From an uncultured Solirubrobacteraceae bacterium (GTDB lineage: Bacteria; Actinomycetota; Thermoleophilia; Solirubrobacterales; Solirubrobacteraceae): a stretch of 64,000 bases of DNA. The stretch covers positions 24,745 through 88,744 of the forward strand of contig CAVRMD010000015.1 in the NCBI GenBank assembly GCA_963722455.1, given 5' to 3'. A program made the position numbers and the translations under genes. The stretch's first letter is position 1, and the number at the start of each line of letters is the position of its first letter. This document shows positions 9,724 to 19,011 of the stretch, in pieces. The notes under the pieces were generated by a model, which had not been told where the DNA came from, ran no database searches, and was given only the letters and a program-made list of their open reading frames with translations.

Positions 9724-10190
9724 TGGCATACCACTGCCCCGAATGTGGGTTCGTCAACGACGAGGGCGCCAACTACTGCCAGAAGTGCGGCGCCTTCGTC
9801 GGCACGCCCGATCCGCCGAAGGACCCCGTCACCGCGACCTACCGGATCGACGAGACGGGCGAGCTGATCCCCGTCGAGATCGAGGACGTCGTCGCGCAGG
9901 GCGCAGCGCTCGTCATCAGGTCGGGCGGGGGCCGCGTCGGCGAGAGCTTCGCGCTCGAGGGCGACCGCATGCCGATCGGCCGCCGGCCCGACAGCGCCGT
10001 CTTCCTCGACGACGTGACGGTCTCGCGCGACCATGCCCTGATCGTCCGCCGCGGCGGCGACTGGCACCTCGACGATCTCGGCTCGCTGAACGGCACGTAC
10101 GTCAACCGCCACCGCATCGAGACCCACCGCCTGCAGGACGGCGACGAGCTGCAGGTCGGCAAGTACAAGCTCACGTTCTTCTCGCGCTGA
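9723..10190 (+). CDS. Zinc-ribbon plus FHA domain protein (GarA/OdhI-like)
   Basis: N-terminal CPECG...CQKCG ribbon. The FHA core is IGRRPDSAVFLDDVTVSRDHALI...DLGSLNGTYVN. Confidence 0.85.
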   Translation: MAYHCPECGFVNDEGANYCQKCGAFVGTPDPPKDPVTATYRIDETGELIPVEIEDVVAQGAALVIRSGGGRVGESFALEGDRMPIGRRPDSAVFLDDVTVSRDHALIVRRGGDWHLDDLGSLNGTYVNRHRIETHRLQDGDELQVGKYKLTFFSR

Positions 10191-10948
10191 TGGCGATCGC
10201 CGACGAGCACGAGACCGACGTCGCCGCCGCCACGGCCGGCGAGCGCGCGCAGAAGTCGATGACGATCGGCGCCGTCTGCAAGGGGCTGGCCCAGGAGTTC
10301 CCCGACATCTCGATCTCGAAGATCCGCTACCTCGAGGACCAGAAGCTGCTCAATCCGCGGCGCACGGCGGGCGGCTACCGCCTGTACTCCCCGTCGGACA
10401 TCGTGCGCCTGCGGACGATCCTGCGCCTGCAGCGCGACGAGTTCTTGCCCCTGCGGGTCATCCGCCAGGAGCTGGCATCCGGTCGCGCCGGCGACGGCCC
10501 CGTGGCACCCGCGCAGCGCCCGGTCGGCGCCAAGCGCAAGCGGCGCGCGAGCGTCTCGGTGACCGACGCCGGAGCGATGTACCCGCTCGCCGACGTCCTG
10601 GAGGAGACGCGCGCCGATCCCGAGCTCGTGCGCGAGCTCGAGGACTACGGCGTCATCAAGGGCCAGGCGCGCGGCGGCACCCAGTACTACGACGAGACGG
10701 AGCGTGAGATCATCGGCGCGGTCACCGAGCTTGCCCGCTACGGCGTGGGCGGGCGCAACCTGCGGGTCTTTCGCTCCTCCGCCGACCGCGAGTCGGCGCT
10801 GCTGCAGCAGATCCTCGCCCCGGCGCTGCGCTCGCGCAATCCCGAGCGCCGCAAGGAGGCGCTCGAGGCGCTCGAGAACCTCGCGGCGGTCGCCTCGCAC
10901 CTCAAGCACCTGCTGCTGATCCGCGATCTGCGCAAGATCGCGGGCTGA
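10190..10948 (+). CDS. MerR family transcriptional regulator
   Basis: MerR HTH MTIGAVCKGLAQEFPDISISKIRYLEDQKLLNPRRTAGGYRLYS. The ATG overlaps the FHA gene's stop codon (TGATG). Confidence 0.85.
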   Translation: MAIADEHETDVAAATAGERAQKSMTIGAVCKGLAQEFPDISISKIRYLEDQKLLNPRRTAGGYRLYSPSDIVRLRTILRLQRDEFLPLRVIRQELASGRAGDGPVAPAQRPVGAKRKRRASVSVTDAGAMYPLADVLEETRADPELVRELEDYGVIKGQARGGTQYYDETEREIIGAVTELARYGVGGRNLRVFRSSADRESALLQQILAPALRSRNPERRKEALEALENLAAVASHLKHLLLIRDLRKIAG

Positions 10949-10950
10949 CC

Positions 10951-11475
10951 GTGGAGTCGCTGCAGACCTACATCCGCTCGATTCCCGACTTCCCCAAGCC
11001 GGGCATCGTGTTTCGCGACATCACGCCGCTGCTGGCCAGCGCCGAGGGGCTCGCCGCCTCCGTCCACGCGCTGACCGAGCTCACCCGCGAGCTGCGTCCC
11101 GACATCGTCATCGGCGCCGAGGCGCGCGGCTTTCTCTTCGGCCCGGCGCTCGCGCGCGAGCTGAACGCCGGCTTCGCGCTCGCCCGCAAGCCGGGCTCGC
11201 TGCCACACCGCACGATCAGCGCCGAGTACGCGCTCGAGTACGGCACGAGCACGCTCGAGCTGCACGAGGACGCGATCGCGTCCGGCGCCCGCGTGCTCGT
11301 CCACGACGACCTGCTGGCGACCGGCGGCACGGCCAAGGCCCTCTGCGGGCTCGTCGAGCAGCTCGGCGGCGTCGTCGTCGGCTGCGCGTTCGTCATCGAG
11401 CTGGCCTTCCTGCCGGGCCGCGAGGCGCTCACGCCGCACGACGTCCACGCGCTCATCCGCTACGACGAGGAGTGA
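10951..11475 (+). CDS. apt: Adenine phosphoribosyltransferase
   Basis: IPDFPKPGIVFRDITPLL and the PRPP-binding loop VLVHDDLLATGGTA. Confidence 0.93.
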   Translation: MESLQTYIRSIPDFPKPGIVFRDITPLLASAEGLAASVHALTELTRELRPDIVIGAEARGFLFGPALARELNAGFALARKPGSLPHRTISAEYALEYGTSTLELHEDAIASGARVLVHDDLLATGGTAKALCGLVEQLGGVVVGCAFVIELAFLPGREALTPHDVHALIRYDEE

Positions 11476-11484
11476 GCCGCGCCG

Positions 11485-11925
11485 GTGCCCAGCGTGCGCC
11501 GCTCGCGGATCCTGCCCGCGACGCCTGAGGAGCTGTGGACGATCGTCGGCGACGCCCACCACCTGCCGCGCTGGTGGCCGCGGGTGGCGCGCGTGGAGGG
11601 CGTCGACGAGGGGGCGTTCACCCAGGTGCTCACGACGCCCAAGGGCGCTGCGGTGCGCGCCGACTTCCGCGTCCTGCAGTCCAGCGCCCCGGAGGTGCGA
11701 CGCTGGGCGCAGCAGCTCGTCGACACCCCCTTCGAGCGGGTTCTCGCCTCCTCGGAGGTGGAGGTCCGGCTGCAGCCCGACGGCCCGGACGGCACCCGCG
11801 TGGCGGTGTCGATCGTCCAGCGGCTGCGCGGGCTGTCGCTGCTGGGCTCGTTGATGGTGCGCTCGGCCGCCCGGCGCCAGCTCGACGACGCGCTCAGCGG
11901 CCTCGAGGCGCTCGTCGCGCCGTAG
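11485..11925 (+). CDS. SRPBCC (START/polyketide cyclase-like) family protein
   Basis: Size is about 146 aa, with an N-terminal pattern (RSRILPATPEELWTIVGDAHHLPRWWP) typical of SRPBCC proteins. Confidence 0.65.
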   Translation: MPSVRRSRILPATPEELWTIVGDAHHLPRWWPRVARVEGVDEGAFTQVLTTPKGAAVRADFRVLQSSAPEVRRWAQQLVDTPFERVLASSEVEVRLQPDGPDGTRVAVSIVQRLRGLSLLGSLMVRSAARRQLDDALSGLEALVAP

Positions 11926-11940
11926 CGGCGCGCCGGCCGG

Positions 11941-12927
11941 CTACGGCGTGGTCGTCGTCTGCGTCCTGGCCTGCTGTGCCAGCTCGGCGGCGGTCACCAT
12001 CCGGCCGGCGAGGATGATCGTGCCCGGCTGCTTGGGCGACTGATCGGTCTCCCTGGTCAGCAGGACCGCGCCGTAGTTCGGCGTGTTGGCCGACAGGTCG
12101 CTGACGGTCTCGAGCTTGCCGTCCTTGCCGACCGTCGTGTCGGGGAAGCCGAGGAACTCGTTCTTCTCCTTGGAGGTGTACAGCCAGACGCCGTAGGCCG
12201 AGCCGCGCGTGCTGCTCGGCGGCAGGCCCGTCGCCTGCAGCGCCAGGCGGAACTGCTCGGTGTCCGGGAAGCGGACGATCGCGACGTCGCCCTTGGCCTT
12301 GGACTCGCTGCCCTGCGGCGGGCTCATCGTGCCCTGCGCGATGACCTCGAACTGGTCGCCGGTCGGCGTCGTCTGGACGGACGTCGTCGTGCCCGGCGCG
12401 CTCGCCGAGTCGCTGTTGTCGTCGCCGGAGATGCTGAGCACGAGGATGATGACGATCGCCAGGACGACGCCGGCGCCGGCCGCGATGAGGCGGCTGCCGA
12501 GCTTGGAGCTGCGCTGGATCTCCTCCTGGCGCGCGGCGCGCCGATCGAGCGCGTCGAACGCCTCGGCGACCTCCCGGCGCTCGGCCGGGATGTCGGGCAG
12601 CGCGTCGCCGCCGATCGGGTGCAGCGCGGATGCGGTGCCGCGGGCGTACGAGCGCCCGGCGCGAGATCCCTCGAGGTATTCGCGCGTCGCGGCGCGCTGC
12701 GTCGCGGTCTGCTGGCCGAGGAGGTAGTCGGCGATCTCCTGGCGGCGCTCGACGCCGATCGCTCCGGGGTCCGGGCCGACGGCCGCGATCGCCTCGTGCG
12801 CGCGGTCGCGCACGCTGGCGACGTCGGACTTCAGCAATCCGGCCAGGTCGTCGTAGGACTTGTTCTGGCGCAGCAGCAGCTGCAGGATCGCGCGCTGGCC
12901 GTCGGTGAGGCTCTCGGTGGGCGCCAT
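11941..12927 (-). CDS. Membrane-anchored protein with RskA-type (anti-sigma-K-like) extracytoplasmic domain
   Basis: Cytoplasmic helical N-terminus, a single TM (LIAAGAGVVLAIVIILVLSI), and a C-terminal segment (VWLYT...FLGF...) resembling the RskA domain. The start is at the internal ATG at 12927. Confidence 0.5.
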   Translation of the reverse strand: MAPTESLTDGQRAILQLLLRQNKSYDDLAGLLKSDVASVRDRAHEAIAAVGPDPGAIGVERRQEIADYLLGQQTATQRAATREYLEGSRAGRSYARGTASALHPIGGDALPDIPAERREVAEAFDALDRRAARQEEIQRSSKLGSRLIAAGAGVVLAIVIILVLSISGDDNSDSASAPGTTTSVQTTPTGDQFEVIAQGTMSPPQGSESKAKGDVAIVRFPDTEQFRLALQATGLPPSSTRGSAYGVWLYTSKEKNEFLGFPDTTVGKDGKLETVSDLSANTPNYGAVLLTRETDQSPKQPGTIILAGRMVTAAELAQQARTQTTTTP

Positions 12928-13005
12928 GACGGCAAACCCTAGTGGGTCGCCGCGCATGCCGGAGCCCGCAGCCGGCCGCCGCCAGGCACTAGCCTCAGGC
13001 CGCAG

Positions 13006-13437
13006 ATGAGCGACGCCCGGCAGTTCGCGCCGATGATCGGATTCGACGCCCTCTACGGCCTCGAGCTGCTCGACGTCGCCGCGGACGCGGTGTCGGGCCG
13101 GGTCGCCGTGCGGCCCGAGATCTGCCAGCCGTTCGGCCTCGTCCACGGCGGCGTCCTGGCGTCGATCGCCGAGACGCTCGCCTCGCTCGGGACGGCGGTC
13201 GTCGTCATGCCCGAGGGCAAGGCCGCGATGGGCCTGTCCAACAGCACGTCGTTTCTGCGGCCGATCACGGCGGGCACGATCCACGCCCGCGCGAGACGAC
13301 GCCATCGCGGCCGGACGACGTGGATCTGGGACGTCGAGATGAGCGACGACGACGGGCGCCTGTGCGCCCTGACGCGCATGACGATCGCGGTGCGGCCGCT
13401 TCCCGGCGGCGAGGCGCCCGCCGCTCAGCCGCGATAG
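13006..13437 (+). CDS. PaaI-family hotdog-fold thioesterase
   Basis: NPFGLVHGG-type motif (CQPFGLVHGGVLASIAE) and about 140 aa in length. Confidence 0.8.
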   Translation: MSDARQFAPMIGFDALYGLELLDVAADAVSGRVAVRPEICQPFGLVHGGVLASIAETLASLGTAVVVMPEGKAAMGLSNSTSFLRPITAGTIHARARRRHRGRTTWIWDVEMSDDDGRLCALTRMTIAVRPLPGGEAPAAQPR

Positions 13438-15155
13438 CGGTTCGTGATCGGCACGCGCCGGTCGCGGCCGAACGCGCGCGTCGTGATCTTGATGCCGGGC
13501 GGCTGCTGGCGGCGCTTGTACTCGGCGACGTCGACGAGCTTGACGACGCGGTCGACGTCCTGGGCGGGCAGCCCGAGGGCCAGCAGCTGCTCGCGCCCGA
13601 GGTCGTGCTCGACGTAGCCTTCGAGGATCGCGTCGAGCACCTCGTAGGCCGGCAGCGAGTCGTCGTCGCGCTGGTCGGGCCGCAGCTCGGCCGACGGCGG
13701 CCGGGTGAAGAGCTCGGGCGGCACGAGCTCGCCGTCCGCGCGGGCGTCGCGGGCCTTCGCCAGGCGGTAGACGAGCTGCTTGGGCACGTCCTTGATGACC
13801 GCGAAGCCGCCGGCGCTGTCGCCGTAGAGCGTCGAGTAGCCGACGGACATCTCGGACTTGTTGCCCGTCGTCAGGACGAGCCAGCCGAACTTGTTCGACA
13901 GCGCCATGAGCAGGTTGCCGCGGATGCGTGCCTGCAGGTTCTCCTCGGTGAGGTCACGCGCGCGGCCGGCGAAGACCCCGCCGAGCGCGTCGTCGAAGGC
14001 GCGCATCATCGGCTCGATCGGCAGCTCGAGCAGCTCGACGCCGAGGTTCTCGGCGAGCCGCCGCGCGTCGCCGCGCGTCGCGGTCGACGAGTACGGCGAG
14101 GGCATCGTCGCGCAGGTCACGCGCTCGGCGCCGAGGGCGTCGACCGCGATGAGCGCCACGAGCGTCGAGTCGATCCCGCCGCTGAGGCCGAGCACCGCGT
14201 GCTCGAAGCCGTTCTTGCGCAGGTAGTCGCGCGTGCCGAGGACGAGGGCGCCGTAGACCTCCTCGACGGGATCGGGCAGCGGGGCGATCGTTGCGGCGAG
14301 CGCCCGAGCATCGGTGCGCCGGCCGACGGCGAACGCGCCGAGCCGGTCCACGCGCCCGCTGGCGGCGGCCGCCGGGGCCCGGCGCCGCGTGTCGCGCAGG
14401 CGCGCGGAGCCGACGCGCAGCGGATCGACGTCGGCGACGAGCAGATCCTCCTCGAACTGCGGCGAGCGCGCGAGGACGGTGCCGTCGTGGTCGACGATGA
14501 CCGAGTGGCCGTCGAAGACGAGCTCGTCCTGGCCGCCGACGAGGGCGCAGAACGCGATCGCGGCCAGCTCGTCGCGCGCGCGCTGCTGGAGCATGCGCTC
14601 GCGCTCCACGCCCTTGCCGGCGTGGTAGGGCGAGGCGGAGAGGTTGAGGATGACGCGCGCGCCGGAGAGCGCCTCGTCGGACAGCGGCGGGCCGGGCTGC
14701 CAGAGGTCCTCGCAGATCGTCAGGCCGACGGTGACGCCGTCGATGTCGATCGTCGCCCCGCGCTGCCCGGGCTGGAAGTAGCGCAGCTCGTCGAAGACGC
14801 CGTAGTTGGGCAGATGCAGCTTGCGGTAGCTGGCCTGCAGGGCGCCGTCGGCGAGCACCGCGGCGGCATTGTGGACGTCCTCGGCGCGCTCCGGATAGCC
14901 GACGACCGCGACGATGCCGTCGGCGAGGGCGGCGAGGCGGTCCAGCGCGCTGCGGGCATCGACGAGGAAGTGCTCCTTGAGCAGCAGGTCCTCGGGTGGA
15001 TAGCCGGTCAGCGCGAGCTCGGGGAAGCACACGATCTGCGCGCCGGCGTCGCGGGCGGCGCCGATCGCGGCGCCGATCATCGCCTCGTTGCCGGCGATGT
15101 CGCCGACGACCGCGTTGCACTGCGACAGCGCGATCCGCAGCGGCGCCGACGTCAC
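13425..15155 (-). CDS. nadE: Glutamine-dependent NAD+ synthetase
   Basis: N-terminal CN-hydrolase domain (CFPELALTGYPPEDL, ICEDLW) plus a synthetase domain (LGLSGGIDS). The GTG start at 15155 overlaps the upstream stop (GTGA). Confidence 0.92.
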   Translation of the reverse strand: MTSAPLRIALSQCNAVVGDIAGNEAMIGAAIGAARDAGAQIVCFPELALTGYPPEDLLLKEHFLVDARSALDRLAALADGIVAVVGYPERAEDVHNAAAVLADGALQASYRKLHLPNYGVFDELRYFQPGQRGATIDIDGVTVGLTICEDLWQPGPPLSDEALSGARVILNLSASPYHAGKGVERERMLQQRARDELAAIAFCALVGGQDELVFDGHSVIVDHDGTVLARSPQFEEDLLVADVDPLRVGSARLRDTRRRAPAAAASGRVDRLGAFAVGRRTDARALAATIAPLPDPVEEVYGALVLGTRDYLRKNGFEHAVLGLSGGIDSTLVALIAVDALGAERVTCATMPSPYSSTATRGDARRLAENLGVELLELPIEPMMRAFDDALGGVFAGRARDLTEENLQARIRGNLLMALSNKFGWLVLTTGNKSEMSVGYSTLYGDSAGGFAVIKDVPKQLVYRLAKARDARADGELVPPELFTRPPSAELRPDQRDDDSLPAYEVLDAILEGYVEHDLGREQLLALGLPAQDVDRVVKLVDVAEYKRRQQPPGIKITTRAFGRDRRVPITNRYRG

Positions 15156-15562
15156 TGCCGGCGCCCGAGCCAGTACTCGATGAAGCGGCGCAGCCCGGGG
15201 TCCTGCGGCCCGCCGGCCTCGTGGCGGCGGGTCGCCGTGTAGGCGACGACCGCGGGCCGCTGGCCCGGCCGCCGGGCGACGAGGATCGCCTGACCGGCGG
15301 CGACGAGCGCCGGGCTGGGCGCGCCCGCGCTGCGCAGCACGACCTGCTCGAGCTCGCGCGTCAGGCGCTCGTCGCTGTAGCCGAGGACGATGTTGCCCGG
15401 CGCGACGATCGGATCGGTGTTCGCGCCGCGCGCCGTGCCCGGCGCGGGCGTCTGCGCCGGCACCGTCGCGCCGTCGCGCGCCGCGAAGAACGCGGTCACC
15501 CCGGCGATCCCGAGCACGATCAGCGTGAGGACGCCCAGCGCGAGGAATGCCTTCGTGCCCAT
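15152..15562 (-). CDS. Membrane-anchored hypothetical protein
   Basis: N-terminal TM MGTKAFLALGVLTLIVLGIAGVTAFFAA and high GC3. It is translationally coupled to nadE. Confidence 0.55.
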   Translation of the reverse strand: MGTKAFLALGVLTLIVLGIAGVTAFFAARDGATVPAQTPAPGTARGANTDPIVAPGNIVLGYSDERLTRELEQVVLRSAGAPSPALVAAGQAILVARRPGQRPAVVAYTATRRHEAGGPQDPGLRRFIEYWLGRRQ

Positions 15563-15625
15563 CTAGTGGCTCATCCAGGAACGTTCGACCGGTTCCGGGT
15601 GAACCGTGTGTGGATGACCCACTAG
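15563..15625. mobile_element. MITE-like inverted-repeat element, copy A (63 bp; IS630-type CTAG/TA ends)
   Basis: Sequence is C-TA-GTGGCTCATCCA...TGGATGACCCAC-TA-G. It fills the whole gap between the stop of WS/DGAT and the start of 15152-15562. It is homologous, in inverted orientation, to copies at 19008 and 36568. Confidence 0.7.
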
Positions 15626-16974
15626 GTGCTCCTGCCCGCCACCGGCCGGGGAGCATGCGGCCCCGAGCGCCCGCGCGCGGCGCGGCGCGGCACCGAGGCG
15701 CCGTCGACGAGGACGCCGATCGCGCCGCGCAGCGCGTCGGCGAGCACGTCGAGGTCCGACAGCGCGTCGTAGTCGCCGAGCAGGCCGAAGCCGAGCCGGC
15801 CGTCGTAGCTCATGACCGCGACGCCGAGGGCGTGGTCGCCGACGAGCGGCACGACGGGATACAGCGCGCGCAGGCGCCGCCCGAGCAGGTACAGCGGCTG
15901 CTGCGGGCCGGGCACGTTCGTCACGACGAGGTTGAAGAAGCGTCCGCGCCGCTGCAGGCGCGCGGCCTGGCTGAGGATCGTGGGCGCCGCGAAGCCCGAC
16001 AGCTCGGTGAGCGCGCGCGCGCCGATCGCCCGGCGCCCGTCCTCGAGCACGACCTCCGCGTCGCGGATCGCGAGGTACTGGCGCACGGGGTCCTCGATGC
16101 CGACGGGCAGCGACACCCAGGCGGGCGCGACCTCGTTGCCGAGCGCGCCCCGCTCGGATTCCGCGCGAACCGACACCGGCACGAGCGCCTTGAGCACGAG
16201 GTCGGCGGTGTCGACGCCGCGGTGGCGCAGGAAGTGCCCGAGCGCCCCGGCCACGACCGCGAGGACGGCGTCGTTGACCGTGCCGCCGAGCGCGTCCTTG
16301 ACGCGGCGCAGCTGCTCTAGCTCGGCGTCGACCCAGGTGTAGCGGCGGTGTGGGCCGACCTTGGCGTTCAGCGGCGTCGGCGCAGCGGGCAGCAGCCCGG
16401 CGAAGGCGAGGGCGCCCATCGACCGCAGCCCGTCGCGAGCGTCGCCGGCGATCCGCCGCGGGGTGCGCAGCGCCGCCCGCGCCGTGCGTGCGAGCTCGTC
16501 GGGTCGCGTCGCGCGCTCGACGAGCGCCTCGGAGAGCAGCTGGGCGGGGCTCGGCAGCGGGCGCGGCGCCCAGGGCCGGCTCGGCGCGGCGACCGGCGGC
16601 GCGTCGGGCGCGGCGTCGAGCAGGACCGTCGTGATGTCGACCGCCGAGATCCCGTCGACGAGCGCGTGGTGGCTCTTGGCGACGAGCGCGAAGCGCCCGT
16701 CGTGCAGGCCGTCGACGAGCCACAGCTCCCACAGCGGCTTCGTGCGGTCCAGTCCCTGGGCGAACACGCGCCCGGCGAGGTTCTTCAGCTGCTCCTCGCT
16801 GCCCGGCGCGGGCAGTCCCGTGTGGCGCAGGTGGTAGCGCAGGTTGAAGTGCGGGTCGTCGACCCAGACCGGGCGGCCCTGACCCAGCGGCACCTCCGCG
16901 AGCCGCTGGCGGAAGCGCGGGACGAGGTGCAGGCGCGCCTCGATGAGCTCGCGCAGCTCGTCGTATTGCGCCAC
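15622..16974 (-). CDS. Wax ester synthase/diacylglycerol acyltransferase (WS/DGAT); N-terminus problematic
   Basis: HHALVDGIS active-site motif. The conserved N-terminal ISALDASFLHLE lies upstream of the first in-frame start (GTG 16974); see findings. Confidence 0.85.
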   Translation of the reverse strand: MAQYDELRELIEARLHLVPRFRQRLAEVPLGQGRPVWVDDPHFNLRYHLRHTGLPAPGSEEQLKNLAGRVFAQGLDRTKPLWELWLVDGLHDGRFALVAKSHHALVDGISAVDITTVLLDAAPDAPPVAAPSRPWAPRPLPSPAQLLSEALVERATRPDELARTARAALRTPRRIAGDARDGLRSMGALAFAGLLPAAPTPLNAKVGPHRRYTWVDAELEQLRRVKDALGGTVNDAVLAVVAGALGHFLRHRGVDTADLVLKALVPVSVRAESERGALGNEVAPAWVSLPVGIEDPVRQYLAIRDAEVVLEDGRRAIGARALTELSGFAAPTILSQAARLQRRGRFFNLVVTNVPGPQQPLYLLGRRLRALYPVVPLVGDHALGVAVMSYDGRLGFGLLGDYDALSDLDVLADALRGAIGVLVDGASVPRRAARGRSGPHAPRPVAGRST

Positions 16975-17132
16975 CGGACCGTCGAAGACGGTGACCGACG
17001 CGACGTGGACGCGCTGACCCGCCCGCTCGAGATGCAGGAAGGACGCGTCGAGCGCGGAGATGCGGGTGCCGCGGGCGATGCGCTGATTGTTCCATGCGCG
17101 ATGCCTCCGGTCGTGTCGTCATCGTGTAGGCG

Positions 17133-18188
17133 ATGGCCCCGATCGCCCATCTCGACATCGACGCGTTCTACGCGAGCGTCGAGTTGCTGCGCCGTCCGCA
17201 GCTGCGCGGCCTGCCGGTGATCGTCTCCGGCAGCGGCCCGCGCGCGGTCGTCACGACGGCGTCCTACGAGGCTCGCCGCTTCGGCGTCGGCTCGGCGATG
17301 CCGACGGCCCGCGCGCTGCGCCTGTGCCCGGACGCCGTGCTCGTGGCGCCGGACTTCGCGGCGTACCGCGAGGCGTCGCGCGCCGTCATGGCGCTCGTCC
17401 GCGACGCGGTCGACCGCGTCGAGGTCGTCGGCCTCGACGAGGCCTACCTCGACCTCGAGCGGCTCGTCGCGCCGCGCGCGGCGATGCGCCGGCTCGTGCA
17501 GGCGATCCTGGCCGCGACGGGGCTGCACTGCTCGGTCGGGATCGGTCCCAACCGGCTCGTCGCGAAGGTCTGCTCGGACGCCGAGAAGCCGCGCGGCTTC
17601 GTCTTCCTCACGCGCGAGGAGGCGTGCGCGCGCTTCGCGGGCCGGTCGCCGGGCCTCGTGCCGGGGATCGGACCGAAGACCGTCAAGCGCCTGGAGGAGA
17701 TGGGCATCACGACGCTGCGGGCGCTGGCGACGGCGTCGCCGGACGTGCTCGTCGCGCGCTTCGGCGCCAACCACGGACCGGATCTGCGGCGCCGCGCGCG
17801 CTTCGAGGGATCGGCCGCGCTGACGCCGGTGCGGGTCGCCGTCTCCGAGTCGCGCGAGACGACGTTCGACTACGACATCGCCGACGCCGCGCGGTTGGAG
17901 GAGGTCCTCGCCCGCCTCGCCGGCCAGCTCTGCGACGGGCTCGCCGCGCAGCAGCGGCGCGGACGGACGATCGCGATCAAGGTGCGCCTCGCGGACTTCA
18001 CGACCGTCACGCGCGCGCGCACGATCGCGGCGGCGACGAACGACGCCGCGGTCGTGACGCAGGTCGCGCTCGAGCTGCTGCGCGACTACGCGCCGGCGCG
18101 CCCGGTCCGTCTGCTGGGCGTCCGCGTCGCCGCGTTGCAGGGATCGCGCGACGCCCCGGGTGCCGATCAGCTCGCGCTGCCCATGTAG
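17133..18188 (+). CDS. dinB: DNA polymerase IV
   Basis: HLDIDAFYASVE, SYEARRFGV and GLDEAYLDL are Y-family polymerase motifs. Confidence 0.93.
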   Translation: MAPIAHLDIDAFYASVELLRRPQLRGLPVIVSGSGPRAVVTTASYEARRFGVGSAMPTARALRLCPDAVLVAPDFAAYREASRAVMALVRDAVDRVEVVGLDEAYLDLERLVAPRAAMRRLVQAILAATGLHCSVGIGPNRLVAKVCSDAEKPRGFVFLTREEACARFAGRSPGLVPGIGPKTVKRLEEMGITTLRALATASPDVLVARFGANHGPDLRRRARFEGSAALTPVRVAVSESRETTFDYDIADAARLEEVLARLAGQLCDGLAAQQRRGRTIAIKVRLADFTTVTRARTIAAATNDAAVVTQVALELLRDYAPARPVRLLGVRVAALQGSRDAPGADQLALPM

Positions 18189-18198
18189 CGTTCGGCGG

Positions 18199-19011
18199 GT
18201 GCCAACGACCAACATCGCCGGAACCGACCTGTACTACGAGCGCCGCGGGACGGGCGAGCCGCTGCTGCTCATCCAGGGCCTCGGGGGCAACAGCCTGCAC
18301 TGGGGCGAGGACTTCCTCGGCGGGCTGGAGGAGGACTTCGAGCTCGTCCTCTACGACCATCGCGGCGCCGGCCGCAGCGGTCCGCTGAGCGGCGAGCACA
18401 CGATCGCCGACCTCGCCGGCGACGCGCTCGGCCTGCTCGCCGCGCTCGAGATCGACAGCGCCCACGTGGTCGGGATCTCGATGGGCGGGATGGTCGCCCA
18501 GGAGATCGTGCTCGGGGCCCCCGACCGCGTCCGGACGCTCACGCTCGGCTGCACGTTCCCCGGTGGCCCCGACGCGAGGATGACCGACATGTCGGTCGTC
18601 GGGATGCTCGCCGAGGCCGTCCTCTCCGGCGACGAGCAGCGCGCGCTGCGCGTCGGCTACGAGGTCATGATCGCCGCCGAGTACGGCGCGCAGGAGGGCG
18701 CCTTCGAGCTCTACACCGAGCTCGCCGGCCAGTACCCGGCCCCGCTGCCGGTGCTCATGGCGCAGCTCAGCGCGATCATGGGGCACGACACGAGCGAGCG
18801 CCTCGGCGAGATCACGGCGCCGACGCTCGTCGTGCACGGCACGCAGGACCGCCTGCTGCACCACGCCAACGGCGAGCTCATCGCCCGACTCGTGCCCGGC
18901 GCCCGGTTGGAGCTGCTCGACGGCTCGGGCCACATGTTCTTCTGGGAGCAGCCGCAACGCAGCGCGCAACTCGTGCGCGAGCACGCCGCGGCGGCGGCGA
19001 AGCGCTCCTAG
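18199..19011 (+). CDS. Alpha/beta hydrolase
   Basis: Nucleophile elbow GISMGG and an HG-type oxyanion region. The GTG start lies after the dinB stop. It is paralogous to 43612-44415. Confidence 0.8.
   Translation: MPTTNIAGTDLYYERRGTGEPLLLIQGLGGNSLHWGEDFLGGLEEDFELVLYDHRGAGRSGPLSGEHTIADLAGDALGLLAALEIDSAHVVGISMGGMVAQEIVLGAPDRVRTLTLGCTFPGGPDARMTDMSVVGMLAEAVLSGDEQRALRVGYEVMIAAEYGAQEGAFELYTELAGQYPAPLPVLMAQLSAIMGHDTSERLGEITAPTLVVHGTQDRLLHHANGELIARLVPGARLELLDGSGHMFFWEQPQRSAQLVREHAAAAAKRS

Noticed and set aside
15563-17158. The 531-aa ORF 15563-17158 as the real gene at the WS/DGAT locus, because it starts from an SD-preceded ATG region.
   Set aside because: Apart from its first few codons it is an Arg/Pro-rich off-frame translation. 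The HHALVDG-containing frame (15622-16974 and its upstream extension) is clearly the coding frame.
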